DNA of 64,000 bases from Raillietiella orientalis (taxonomy: Eukaryota): the NCBI GenBank assembly GCA_036172245.1, contig JAYWIR010000006.1, positions 1,984,001 through 2,048,000 of the forward strand, given 5' to 3'. Position numbers and translations under genes: made by a program. The notes beneath the pieces are model-generated. The model ran no database searches. It saw nothing but the letters and a program-made list of their open reading frames with translations, and had not been told where the DNA came from. This document shows, piece by piece, positions 25,200-37,700 of the stretch (positions are counted from its first letter, which is position 1; each line of letters starts with the position of its first letter).

Positions 25200-26780
25200 G
25201 TGGCCCGACACATCCAGGATGAAAAAAAACCCTTCTCAAAATTCGAGCGCGATTTATCCTTGATGAAATCCAGGTGGGACCTGAGAAAGCACCCAGGGAA
25301 TCAAATTTCCAATGCGATCATGAGAAAAGAAGGGGGAAGAGCTTTCACTTCCAGTGCCTTCCAGACCGCTCTTGCAACCTTTGATACGATGTTTCCTGAG
25401 GATAAAATCCTAGCAGTAAGATATCCTCTGCTGGAGATTCCTGAAAAATTCTGAGAAAGAGGCCAAGTCAAAAGAGACAAGCCATCCCAAGCACTTCGCA
25501 GGAGAAAGAAAATTCTGAGGAATAATTTCCTGATTATTCTCGCTTCTCCTGGAAATCAACTGCGAGACCACGGTCTAATCCGATGGAACCTCCTGAATTT
25601 ATCCATCCTGTCCCAACCTGGCCTACCTGGACCTGATCTTACCTTAGGCGCATCCTTGACCACTTGGAAGCTGAGGCGATTTCTGAAGACATTCCTGGGT
25701 AACAGGAACTGAAAATCGAAGAAAAGCACAACCTGGTCATCGTGAGCAAGATGCCTGCAAAAAGGTGAGACGAAGCAGCACAGAAAACTCTGCAAGAAAT
25801 ACAAGTCTCACAGCGCACTTCACTGGACCTATGCCTCTCCTATCGATCCATCTGTGAGATTCGGTATCGATCGATGAGCTAACTGTGGGAATTGGTGTTA
25901 CGAGATCGGGAACTGAGTTTCTGAGACGCACTCTTGCAGACTGGTGGCGCTTTTGTGAGTGGCTCACGAAACGTTCATCGTTTTGCAGCCGCTCCACCCA
26001 TTTGGACCCAACAGGAGGAAGCATTGTGCATCCAATAAACCACGAAAAAAGTCTGCACTGCTATACTGCTTTCTCGAAAGACTTTGATCAGATCCACTTT
26101 CGTAACGGAGAGGACGTACAGAAAGATGCTGTGGTCTGATCTTCGGACTCGCCTTCTTCTGTCTGATGTATCCGATGTACTTCTGAGAGGAATCCACAGG
26201 ATAATTCGTGAGGTTGAGCTCTGTCTGGGGACCTGATGTAGCTCCCCAATTCTATTGGTGTTAACCGATGGCCGTAGAGTTCTTTCTGCTCCCTCTGCAA
26301 AAGTGTCTACCCTTCTTCAGAGTGAAAAGACAAACTTGAGGGAAGAGTCGGAGGCTGAAACGAGAACTCTAAAATTGGGCATTCTTTTGGGCTGCACTGT
26401 ATTTGACTTCACGGGTCTGGGAGAGGCAGGGTGCTCAACCGAGAAGTCACGCAAGCAAATGAGAGTTTATCTCCTCCAATCAGTCCATACAGGAAAGTCA
26501 GTTGAAAACTCTGAAGGTCCAGCCAGGTGTCCCAGAACGGAAGTCCAATAATCATGCTCGATTCTCCCAGGAACTCGGCCAACAGCACTGGAAGGAGCAC
26601 GAGAAAGATCCCAAATACGAGGAACGATACCAGTTCGTTTCGGGCCTAACTGGTCGCAGCGATTGCCAAGAAAAGAAAAGCAAATACGAGGAACTGTTTC
26701 TTCTTTTCGCCACCAGAGGCGCAGCAATGCAGGAGAGTGTGCTTATTAAAAACAAACATACAGATTAGGTAAGTTCTTAG
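25200..26780 (+). mobile_element. Decayed LINE RT (L1/Tx1-like)
   Basis: Ordered motifs PGLPGPDL (cf. SPGPDG), KGETK...KYKSHSAL (cf. KGD..NYRPISL), AFSKDFDQI (cf. DFxKAFD) and LKLGILLG (cf. KYLGI). Confidence 0.55.
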
Positions 26781-26799
26781 ATGTTCATCCCTTTACAGA

Positions 26800-27700
26800 A
26801 CTCCGAATGCTGCTCAGAAATCTTCCTATAAAGCACTAGCAACTTAATTGAGGGAAGGGTAGAAGGGGAAACGTAAACCATCGGACTCTCAAGTCGGCTA
26901 CTTGGGAAGACGGAGATGATGAGGGAAAGCAGTAGTAAATAGAATAAATAAGTGAGGGAAGAGGAAACTTGAAAGCATCAGCTCATCGGGACGCGTCTTC
27001 TGCAGTCCACGTGAGCCTGCATGAGCAGTGGGAGATGCTCTTCTTCACCAGCTGTCGTAGATGGAGCCATCCATCATTTTGCCATGTTTCTCACCTTGGA
27101 TGACGAAAAAGGAGTAGTCTCCTATCCTTGCTGGAGCACTAGCTACGCTCAGCGGGTGGCCACAGTGTCGGGACTCGGCGTAGGTTTGCCGCCGCTTCAC
27201 TCGCATGGGAGTTGCCGTCGCGAGTGAAGCGGCGCTGCTGCTGCGCTCTCTGCAGAGTGTCGAAGCACCTTTTCCGAGGTTCCCCCGCTGCAGGACACCT
27301 TCTCCCGCTGAATCCAGCAGAGTGGGAACCATGACGGAGCGTTTGCAAAACGAAGGATTTTCTACGCGCCACCCACAAAAGCACGCGTGACGGTGACCAG
27401 AACGGCAGTCGCAAGGTGTTTCCGCTACTCGGTTCCTGGGTCAATTCGGACAGATGTTCTCCTTCCCTCTGGCCTGGAGATGCAGACCGTTTCTGTGCTG
27501 GGAATCTGCAGCTCTCAGGGAGCGGGACGCATGACCACCACCTCTCGGGTCTCGCGGCCAGAGGAGTGCAAATGTTGGCGTAAGTGTTGACAATGGCGAT
27601 TGCTAGACGCTTGGGGCACAAAGAACCGCGAGATGCTTAGAGAACTCGATGTGTAACTCGGGATGCTTCGGAAGCACCAAAGAACACATGAAGAGGGGAA
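26800..27700 (-). mobile_element. L1/Tx1-like 3' end (zf-RVT plus 3' UTR)
   Basis: Reads CPKRLAIAIVNTYANICTPLAARPERW..SCRFP/STETV..RVLLWVARRKSF. The terminus resembles 13380-13465 (shared GCAGAAGACGCG) and a UTR motif is shared with 59651-59676. Confidence 0.55.
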
Positions 27701-27907
27701 AGATGATCACCTGACCGTGGTGTTCAGAACGCGAAAAAGATCCAGTGACAACGACAATCCTCTCTGCACGCCGTTTTAGACTTCATCAGCTCGGATTGAT
27801 TTCCTAGCTTCTTCGTGAGAGAGCCCACTCGCTTCATGCACCTTCTATCCACTGTCTAGGGTCCCACAAAGGAAACTTTTGTCAGGTTCAAAAAACCCTA
27901 CGTTGGC

Positions 27908-28100
27908 GGCCGTGTGGCTGCAGTCTGCGTGCGTGAAGCCAAGCGTCGAGTGTTCATATCCCCACGGGGCGGGTGCGCGCCCAGAAATGGCGGTTGGATC
28001 GTGGGTTTCGAGTATACCCCGCAAGATGACGCTGGTTGGCATCGGTTGGCTTCGAATGCGACACCGGTGGAAGCCGGAAACCTCCGGATGCCCCTGTTGA
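27908..28100 (+). mobile_element. tRNA-derived SINE-like head and body, copy 1
   Basis: GGCCGTGTGGCTGCAGT (A-box-like), GTGTTCATATCCCC (decayed B box), then CGTGGGTTTCGA...GATGACGCTG...GGAAACCTCCGGATGC. Homologous to the reverse complement of 30405-30617. Confidence 0.6.
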
Positions 28101-28620
28101 CTGGCCTCTGGGATTGGAATTTGATCCTCCGAGGTTATTCCAGGAATCAAGGAGCCTTTCAGGGTTCCCCTCCAGTTGGGAGAATGGTGACGCCGCCTCC
28201 TTCCTCCGGGGGCACTCTCCACCGACCACCATGAAGCTGGTTGATGCTCTTCTCGGGGGTTGCCTCTCCAGAGTGTCAGAAGAGCTCTTTTAAGAGAAAA
28301 TGGGAAACATCCCTTTGGGGTTCTCTTCAGAGGAGAGAACCAGCAGCGGTTCCCTTGTGGGTTCCCTCCGCAGAAGAAATTCCAGGAGCGGATCCTTTCC
28401 GGGTTCCCATTGGAGGAGCAACGAGGAGCGATCTCCACAAACTGGGTGGTCCCTTCGGAGAGAATAAGGAAGTGCTTCCATTCGGAGTTTCTTTTGAAGA
28501 CAACTAGGGCGAGGGTTTCCCTCGGAGTACCCTCTCCAGAGTGAGAAAGGAACGCACTCTTTCCTCCGGAGTCCTTCCTGGATCCATGGGGTGGTCCCTC
28601 CGGGTTTACCCTCCTGACTT
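28090..28620. repeat. Second copy of the 40-50-nt-unit repeat block (inverted relative to 17160-17620)
   Basis: Repeated CCCTT..GGGTTCCC/GGGTTTCCC units. Aligns with the reverse complement of 17160-17620 and is directly contiguous with the tRNA-like head at 27908. Confidence 0.8.
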
Positions 28621-28629
28621 GAAGAGTTG

Positions 28630-31050
28630 CACGCACCCTCGTGTGGCATGGACAATGTTAAAGAGCTTTGTGACCCCATCCCATCCCTTCTAAGGAGTTC
28701 CTACCCCATTCCTAACGGTTCTTCAGCACTTCGAAAACTCCTCAAAACATATGAAGCGGGGGATTCTGTGCACCCGCATGCAGCACAATCGATATGCTCA
28801 CTGGCTGCACGTTCCACCGACCAGGATGGACAATGATTATGCTTGCAGTATCTCTTTTTCTGAATGCCTGACCAGCTAGAATCTACAAAGGAGTCACTCT
28901 TTTTCATTTTCTACATTTGTCTTTCTACAGGGAAATCCCTTTATTTCTGGAAACACTCAAAAACAATTCTGCAGTTCAGGTCGTTACTTCTTGTGACGGA
29001 GATTTACTGAAATTGACCTTTGGGCATTACCCATGCATAAGTGCTTAGAGAGCGCATCTATCGGCTGTGCGAGAAGCGCTCTTCTCGAAAGGAACGGCTC
29101 ATAGATGAAAAGCTCATTACTCTTTTTATGGGGATGCTGGAGCGGAACTTTGTTCTGCGAATAAGACCGGAATGGAGGAGAGAACATCGCAGAGAATTCT
29201 CGGCTTTCGCCCACGCTACAGATAGATGTCTTCTGCACTGGTTCTGGGAGAACTTGACGGCATCTTGAGTTCCTTTAGCTAGGCATTTCATTACTTGAGG
29301 AAAGCGTACCCTTACGATCCAGCAGGACTCGCCCTCCACCGCAAGTAGGCGTACACCGAATAGAGCCAAGCAAGGAAGCATCCTTGCTCCCTCCAAGCAT
29401 CCCTTTCTCTCAGCTCTGAAGCATTACCGTTTAACCCATCCCTCGTTAGGCCTCCGGCGTCCTTTGGGAAGCACTCCTTCCTTATCTATTCAAATGACGT
29501 CACCCTAATTACGAATTCAGAAGAGGTGCTACGGAAGCGTTTTGGGATGCCGGACATCCTGTGACGCCAATAACGCCGGACATTGACCCAAGCTCCTTCG
29601 TTTTCTGTGATCCCCATTCGGCCAGGAAAACTACGTTCAAGAAAGCATAGAGCACTGTACCGTCTCTGTATTCTCTGGGATTCTCCATCTTTTCCAACGA
29701 GGTGTACGATCTCAACAGTGCCTATAAGTACTTAATGAGCTGGTGAGTCTCCCTGGAGCATTTCTAGAGGGACCTTCAGAGCATCAGCTGATGGCCAAAG
29801 CACTCAACATTTTAGAGACTGCGCTTTCCCCGTGGCAAAAAATGGATGCAGTGAGGGCTGAACTGCTCTTTCCTGGTCTCTTTCGCCACCTAGACTCCAG
29901 ATGTTTGAGGAGGAGCTTAACACCAGCGTCATACAAAGCACAAAAGATGATTGAGCTTGCCAAAAAAAACAGCTTCCATATAGAACGCAGCTCGCTCCAG
30001 AGCACTCCTCTCTCTTCCTCACTTGATGGATGAGGCAGGCAGACAGTCTGGCAATCGACAGCTGCTTCAAACTACGGGGATCGGGTCTGGCGCTTTAGGA
30101 ACCTCATCCTGGACACCCTCCGCACATGGTAAAGGAAAGCCCACAATGGGACTGATGATCATTCAGGTCTCTCAGGTGGATTCTTGTCCGGCATAAACAC
30201 TAAAGGACTCCAATCCAGCAGTGACATTAGGAGTTCAGGGGCAGCAGATGTACAGCCTATTCAAGGCAGCAAGGATTGTCATCAGAGATTCCACCTTCAG
30301 TGAACACTGCTAGAGAAAAACACCGAGGCTCTACATGGCATCCAGACTACGGAAGAGTTTATTTAGAGTGACCAGAGAAGGCTGACCAATTCAAGCTGAT
30401 TTGTCCTGCGCGCTTCCTGAGGTTTTCCATACAACAGAGAGCAACGGGGGCCAGTGAACAATCTAGTCTAGTGCCGCACCTGGAGCCTATTGTCCACTCA
30501 GCGTCATCCTGAGGAATCGAAACCCACGACGCACCCATTTTTCCTTATCGATCCTTCCCCGGGTGGGATTTGAACCCGCAAGCCTTGATGACGCGCGGAC
30601 ACCGCAGCCACACGGCCTTGTAGTTCGCTGTTCACTGATTACAGCTTGGTGCACGCGCTTCCATTAAATTTCGAGCCACCGCGCTCTGCGGCAGCGCTGG
30701 CCACACATGCGGCCTGTGCAGTTCCGGGCAAGATTCCCTGGAGTGTGTGCTCAAGACCGTACGGTCTGCGAGGAATCGCGGGGTGTCACGGGGAGCGCAA
30801 GAACAAGCTCCGAAGGACGGCGGAGGAACACTGGAGGATTTCAGCGTTCAGCGAGTCGAACCCCGAGGTGGGGCTAACCAGGTCATATCGTGGTGCCTTA
30901 GAGAAGAGAGGAGCGGGTGGTCGTGATTGACCCGACTCCTCGTGCCTTTTCGAAAGCATCCTGACGGCACCTACAGGAAGTGAGGAAGCAACTGCCGGGC
31001 TTCGTTGTGCACTTCGCTTACAGAAAAGCGCGAAGTGAGGACCTTGTGGT
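28630..31050 (+). mobile_element. RLE-type (NeSL/Utopia-like) non-LTR element: RT, thumb and endonuclease, interrupted by a SINE-like insert
   Basis: GMLERNFVL (cf. GCxEHNFxL), AKQGSILAP, AYKYL, ALSPWQKMDAVR and SDQR lie before the insert. FTDYSLVHALPLN and ERVVVIDPT..F lie after it. Confidence 0.75.
30405..30617 (-). mobile_element. tRNA-derived SINE-like element, copy 2
   Basis: The minus strand reads GGCCGTGTGGCTGCGGTG...GCGGGTTCAAATCCCACCCGGGG with an intact B box GGTTCAAATCC (30576-30566) and a second B-box-like GGGTTTCGATTCC. It splits the surrounding RLE reading frame. Confidence 0.65.
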
Positions 31051-31249
31051 GGCCGCGAGGATAGTAAAAACAAACAAAGCGAGAAGTTGATAGACAAGCG
31101 GAAAGCGTGCAAAACTCCCGGGAGGTTTACCGGAAGCAAATAGGTCACCTCCATCACACTGTGCTCGTGAGCAGCCCGAACAACAACGAGAGAAAGCAAT
31201 AAAAGCGTGCAAGACTCCAGGAATTCCTCCCTTTCTTCTCCCATGCAAA

Positions 31250-32700
31250 TCATCTTCCTTCGCACACTTTTCCAAGGAAATCAGATGGCCAGATGCTGTG
31301 TAAACCTCGGAGATGTGGTTCCGATGGATGGATGTGTTACGGCCGAATGGTGGATGGGGTGTGTTCCAGTGCTACTTGACTTACTCCTAGTTACGAATAC
31401 TGCACCAGCTTTCATCGAAATCCTGAAACAGGGAGTTTAAGAAATGAAAGCTCCACATGCGTCCAAAGAGCATCTTTATCTTATAGGAATAGGAATCCCT
31501 CGGGTGCAATTTTTGGTTTCCATTTGTTTAAAAAGGGCGGAGACACTGTGCCTCCTGTCGCGGAAAAATAGCAAAAGAGGAGCGAAAGTAAATTTATATG
31601 ATGAGATTTTCAGCATCAGGCACTTATTTATCTTAGCAGGTACTGAAACTGAGGTCGCGTTTCAAGCCATCCCATGCAACTGTTTACTGCGTGCAATCAG
31701 CTTGTCAGTGATCTAATAGAATAATTTCAACCGGGATTGGGATCGTCTGGAGGAAAGATATACAAAGAAAAATACCAGCATGACTAACGGCATCATCTTC
31801 AGAAAGGAGCAGAGAATTTTCCTCTCCTTTTTATCTTCCTGTGATGAATCAGTCATCTTGCTTTTGATGCAGCACATTTGATGGTGACATCAGCTAACCA
31901 GGGCTGAATGGAGCTCTTCAGGCAACTTGGCAATGCAGGCAGTTATTGATGGAGTCCGGTGGAAGTTTTATTAGCTCTACGTGTAAGACTGATGGATGAA
32001 TAATGGATGATCAGACAAGAGCATGTGGGTTTTCAGTGGAAACCTCTCCGTCCGATTGCAGCTGACAAATACACTTCAGAAGAGGAGCACCCGAACCGCA
32101 AGAGGAAGCGCCACGGAGATGGTCGCCAGGATGTGAGAAACTCCTCGGTGCCTTTCCGCACCCAACTGCAGCTCGAAGAATTCCCGAGTTGGAAAACGGA
32201 TCTCCACCAGCAAGCAGGAGTGCACTTCTCAAGAAAAGGTTCGGATGGAGAAATTTTCAACCTTGGAAACGATAAAAGGTCGTGGACAAGCGGAGGAAAA
32301 TTCCGTGATTCTCTTCTAAAGAGAGGAATCCAAATGCTAGAAGAACAAATGCCAGCATCTAGAAGGACTCTTCCAACATAAAGGCGGGAGAGAAGAAGAG
32401 TCAGTAGGAATGCACGTGTTCTTTCAGAAAAATTTTATGGAGTCCAGAATTCGTAATTAAAAATTTATGATTGCAGAGGACTAAAGAAGCAGAATGGTGT
32501 CTACGTTCCTGTGCTTCCTGTTTGGCATGTGCTGCCGGGCATTTTTCTGAAGCACCAAGCACGACAATTTAGTTCCAGCAAACAGAAGCAGTAGCGATGA
32601 TTGATCTGAAGAAATATCGAAGGCAGGCGCTCCGAGAGCTACGGCTGCGCAGATGGGTCACAGAGGACCTTTTAGCGAACCATCGATCCGAAAACAACAC
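31250..32700 (+). mobile_element. Decayed RLE-type element, post-RT and endonuclease region
   Basis: Reads SWTSGGKFRDSLLKRGIQ...RTLPT (cf. the pre-knuckle W..G...RxxxLPT) and LKKYRRQALREL (cf. KxxKYxxL). Confidence 0.4.
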
Positions 32701-32719
32701 GCCTCACATTTATCTCTTG

Positions 32720-33860
32720 TTATGCTTTGGTTGGCATCGCGTTTCGGAGGAGCAGATCCACGAGGAAGAAAATCCATTCCATTATTCAGAGCCTTCCCGT
32801 TGCGTGCTGGGATGCGAACAGTTTTCACAAGAGCACGCTGTGGTTTCGTGTGGTGGATAAACGAACAAATGTTTCGTCTCAAAGAAACTTGAAAATGCGC
32901 TTCATCTTTATCGGTGTTAAGGGGCAGCATCGATCTCGTTGGGATTTTCGCTCCGCATGCAAAAAGAGAGCCTGCCAGCGAGGGGAGTTTGCTTCCTGTC
33001 GATTCATCCACGGCGACTCCACACGGTGCCCTGGAGGTCCGACGGAAAGGGGACAGACTGGATGCGACGGCAGATATGTGGGGAGGAAAGAACTCTTCCA
33101 TCGCATCACCAGCTTGGCTGCATAGGCTGCTGCGACCACATCGCCTGCAGACTACGACGACACCGACGAGCCTTGGCCAAAGAAGGCTGTTTGGGAACGT
33201 GGGGACCGGGTGGTCTTCAACCAGCTGATAGCTGCGCTCCGCTCGGTGTTCCGACCCGAGTCGCTTGCCTCTCGGAAAAGTAGCGAGACGGAATTGAAGA
33301 CCGGAGGCAGAAAAAGAAGAGTGCAAATGCAGGGAGGTGACCTCCACCGTTCCTCCGGACAAGTGCCCTACTTCACTACGGGCACTTGTCGTGGAATCCG
33401 GGAAGGGTCCAGACCGAAAAGGCTACCAGACCCACCCAAAGAGCCGGATATCCATCTGGATAAGTGGAGTACCTCGGCTCCGGGGACTTAAGATCGACCG
33501 AACCATGCCCAGAGGCTGTTCGTTTGGAGCCCTCCTCCACGATCTCACGGAAGTATTTGCTGCTACCACGAAGATCTGCGCCGGCGGCGGCTCCAGGCAC
33601 CCAAACCTTCCTAAGCGCACCTTCGCGACCTTTCAACTCGTCGGGATCAGAGGAACCTGGGCAGCCCTCCGGTGGCAGGTTCCTCAGGTTGTGACTAGGC
33701 GGGAACGCCTCAGTCCCGGCGGTTGGGTGTCGACTCAACTCTTGGGTGCCACCCATCCTCAGGGCCAGTTGCTTCGGCAGGCGAGTAGGTTTTTTACTTC
33801 CGTGACCACCTTCCTGTATCCTCCAGCATCCCTCATTTCCGTGACACATTCCGGATAGGT
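32720..33860 (+). mobile_element. L1/Tx1-like APE endonuclease plus a deleted RT fragment
   Basis: EEQIHE (cf. QETH), IDLVGIFAPHAKRE (cf. IYAP) and FIHGDST (cf. GDFN), then TMPRGCSFGALL (cf. RQGCPLS). Confidence 0.55.
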
Positions 33861-33899
33861 CGCTGGGTTGTACAATGACCGATGGTGATGTTGAAGAAT

Positions 33900-35920
33900 G
33901 GTGGAAATGATAAAGAATAAGTGGTCATCATTTTCAGTGACCTGGCAATAACGCTAACTTCATCTAACCATAATATCAGTCAAATTTCCCCATCCTTTTC
34001 CATCGTTTTGACTTTGATCCATTTCCGGAGTGCCGTTTCCATAGGAATGTGAGGAAAACGACCTTTCCTGAACAAGGGTTGCCATTTGCCCAAGAATCAG
34101 AACTTTCATCTTCAAAGCTGCCTGGCTCGTTGCTTCTTGGGGTAATCCTCGCAAAGATCGGGATCAGTGGTTCGGAGAGTAGAAGAAATACCGTGAAAGA
34201 GACATCCATTTTAGTGTTACTTCCCATTCAGCTTGCTTTCCTCTTGAAGCTGCTCCTGAAGACGCTGACACCAGAGCTGCGAGAAAAATCTGGAGAGACG
34301 TGCAGGAAAGATGCTGCACGGGTCGAGTGGATATAGCATTCTGGTTTCATTCAGCAACATCAAGGTATAACAAAACAGTCAGTAACAATGAACTCTGAAG
34401 TGTAATGAAAGCCTCAGAAATCCGTGCACGGAAGCGTAGTTCATTGTGACGTGGTCCAGGTTACGGATATTAACTGGTCAGTTGTGTACCTCCGATGGGA
34501 ATTTCGCAATCAAAAGGTTTCCGATTTGAAGCTGATTGGTTGATCGCTAGGGAACCACCAGGATCGGAGCTCTCTGCGCTGTTTCCTGAAGGACGCACGA
34601 GAAAAGCACTAGGCAAAGAGCTGTTGCAGATCTTCAGCGCCTGGAGCAATGGCTGAGCCAGTAATCACTTCCACGATAACATCGGGTGCTCTTCGAAGAA
34701 CTCGGACCAAAGAGGATTGCTGCGTGCCTCCTCCCTCCACTCTTTCCCCCTCCAAATTCTTGTCCCTCCTGAATTTGTAGCACGAAGAAGAGCGCATTCG
34801 CAGGGGTCACCGTCTGCTGCTCCATCTGATGGTATTTTGTACTTCTCGGTCATTTGCAATCCCAAGTGGGTGGCATTACTAAAGTCGAGGTGTTGAGATT
34901 CCAGTAAGCTCCTCCTCTCTTCCCAAGAGAAGCGTTCAGCGTTTGAACAGTAAGCGATCGCGTCCTTAAGGCGACGTGGAGATGGAGCAGCGTATGGCCA
35001 ATAGGAAAAAAGCGCCACGAGTTGCAGCTTCTTTACGAAGGATGTTTTCTTCGGAAGAGAGAAACATGATGACTTATTCTGGACAGGGATGAGGAATGCT
35101 CACGTGACATATTCTAGAAAGCGTTCCTCAGAGAAGTGCACCAAAAAAGTTAGCGAAGACACGCACGGCCGGACTCATCCGCTGCATGATTTTGCATTTC
35201 CGGGATGAATCCCGCAATCATCGAGACTTCCTGAATCCTATAGGTGCCGTTCTCCATAGGTAAGGTTGATGACTTCGTTCGCACTACGTGAAAGATCAAG
35301 AGCTTGCCATACTCTCCAGACTGCGGGTTCCATTCCTGCATCAAGGGAAAGCCACAGGAACATCCGGAGACGTCCTCTCGGATCAAACGACCGATCGAAA
35401 GCCTTCAGGCAATTTTTTTTTGAAATTCTCTTCCTTGGACTTGCCCCATGGTCTGGAAGCTGCGGATGTCTCCTTACGGTCCAGCCTGGATTTGACCTTG
35501 CATTTCGAAAAAGCGAAGAGTACAGGTAGAAGCGCGCGGACACGTTCCGCGGATGGAAAGACCATGGGGCAAGTCCAAGGAAGGTCAAACGCCCGCGATG
35601 GCGTATCGTTCCCAGCTTCTCGCCCTCGTCCCTCGGATGCCCTTCCCTCCCCCAGGATGGTCCGTCTGCCGGAGGTCAGCCTGGAGGGAAAAGAGCTCCC
35701 GAGGTCAAGAACGGCCGGGGAGGTTGCCATCCGCGCGTGGCGCCGTCGCCTCCGCGTTCCTTCCGAGAGGAGGGGAGCGACGCTCGCTCGCGGCCTAAAG
35801 GGCGAGTGGCAGAGGGAAATGGCAGGTTTGTTGCTAGCCGGGTTCCCGCGTGCGGAGACCTGCGTTCCCGCCATAATTGAATTTTCCCGGCGGTACGCGC
35901 CCTCGATCTGGAGAAAACTT
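33900..35920 (-). mobile_element. Decayed RLE-type element from the ORF start through RT
   Basis: ATG at 35874 gives MAGTQVSAR. Finger-like WTCPMVFPSAERVRALL, then HLDFSNA (RT DxxNAF) and IAPGAEDLQQL (post-YADD). Confidence 0.6.
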
Positions 35921-36865
35921 TTGCACCGAAAGCTGCGAACTCGGGAGAAGATTGAACGCAAGAGGAGGATGCAAAATGAGGACAGCGAACGTCCTTGTGA
36001 GCACTTTCACGAGCCCTGTGGCACGAGTTGGTGCGAGCTTTCAGAGCTGCCTCCAGCCTTAGCTCGGCCGTGCTTACGGGTCGAACGCCTGGGTTTCCTT
36101 ACGTCCTCTCTTAACGTCCTCCCACCTCAATCCAGACGGTCCACGCTCCCTTCGCCGAGTTGTCCGAACCTCTCCTGGATCCCACACCTGCGCTCGAGAG
36201 TTTCCATCCTGCCGTGGTATCAGGCAGCAGCAAGGGTTTGGGTGCGGTAGGGAGAACTTGTGCCGCAGGGGTTACCCGGCCTGCATCTCCCAACGCAGAG
36301 ATCACGACAACGTGGCGGAAATCGATATGTCCGTCTCCCGGAAGTGCCATTCGCGGCCGCGCCTCAGACAAATCGCTCGCGTACTTTGGATCCGTCTTCC
36401 GCAACTAGGAAGGAACTGCCGCTCCAGGCTATCTTTCTCGCTGCAGAGAAACGGGAAGACTGTCTCCTGTCTTCGCTTTCTTTCGCTTGCCTTCTTCCTT
36501 GTGAACCGGAATGCCTCAAAATTGCATTCCTGGATGCCCGCGAAACTTTTCGGCAATTGCTGCTCTCTCATTTCGCCACCGGCGAATTTGTCGTTCCCTC
36601 TGCGCGCGAGGCAGAGCCCACGCCAGCGCCCGCGGACCTTCCCCCCCCCCCTCTCTCTCTCCGGCTGCTTGAGAGCGTTCTCTCAATTAAGCAGATGGAG
36701 GCTGTTGCAGCTTCCCTTCCGTCCACTTCTACCAAGTTTTGTTTCCTCGGCGGATCGAAGCTTCCTCGTTCCTCCTCCTCCCATACTCCCACAAGATGGC
36801 TCCACTTATTCCTACTACCTAGTGGCCAAGAGCTGTCAATACACTTCGAGACTTCGGTCGAGGAT

Positions 36866-37700
36866 TTTTTTCTGCAGATCGAGGACACGCACCACCGGGA
36901 AAATGCAATTATGGCAGGAACGCAGGTCTCCGCACGCAGGGACCCGGCTAGCAACGGACCTTTCATTTTCCTATGCCACTCGCCCTTTCGCTCCCTTCCG
37001 CCCGGACGGAACTCGGCGGCGGCAGCGCCACCCGCAGATGGCATCCGCCCTGGCTGCCGCCTCACCAGCGGCCGCGGCTGTCCATTCCCAGCCTGGCGGA
37101 GAAACGCACTCCCGTTTCCCGAGAGCCCAGGCCAGCTTCTCCCGCTCGCGGGAACGCCGCTGCGAAGCTGCTGACGATCCCAGACGTCGCATTTTTTTTT
37201 TCGCCGAATCCTTCGGACGGCCGCGCTCTCTTCCGGCTCTTGACCCCTCAGGAGCTTTTTTGCTCTTTTCCCACCAGGATGACGTCCGGCAGACGGATCG
37301 TCTGGGAGAGGAGGGAGGGAAGGCCATCGGACGGACGAGGGCGAGCTGCACATTCAGACGAGCAGCTGGGAGCGACACGCGGTTGTGGGGCGTTAGACCT
37401 TCCCCGGGCGTCTGCGGGACGTTTCCATGGCTGCTTTCTTTCCAGATCCTCTCAGCCTTCGCCATCTTTAGCGCTTCGACCTGCAGAGCTCAAGCACGCT
37501 TTTGACTTGGAGCAAGAGATGGGTCTGTTGACGATTTTGTTGCTGATTCGGGGACGGCTCGTTTCTGACTACAAGACGACTGCCTTTGCACTTGTAGGCG
37601 GCTTGGCGCTGAGGCCGCGTTGTGCCACGAGGCCGTTTGAGAAACTCCTCCAAAGTGGGGGCGCGTGTGCGCGCGCGTTCTTCCGCGGGCCTTTTAAAAC
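36866..37700 (+). mobile_element. 5' part of the same element family, inverted relative to 35515-35917
   Basis: ATG at 36911 gives MAGTQVSARRDPASN. The nucleotide sequence aligns with the reverse complement of 35515-35917, with an extra segment at ~37060-37225. Confidence 0.7.

Noticed and set aside
27908..30617. DIRS-like element with inverted terminal repeats around an RT
   Set aside because: The RT is of non-LTR RLE type with no RNase H or recombinase, and its frame continues beyond the right-hand repeat, so that repeat is an insertion.
31075..31225. Short direct repeats (AAAGCGTGCAA.ACTCC.GG twice; also 55037-55078 and 13006-13033)
   Set aside because: These are ordinary local duplications with no sign of being LTRs or TSDs.
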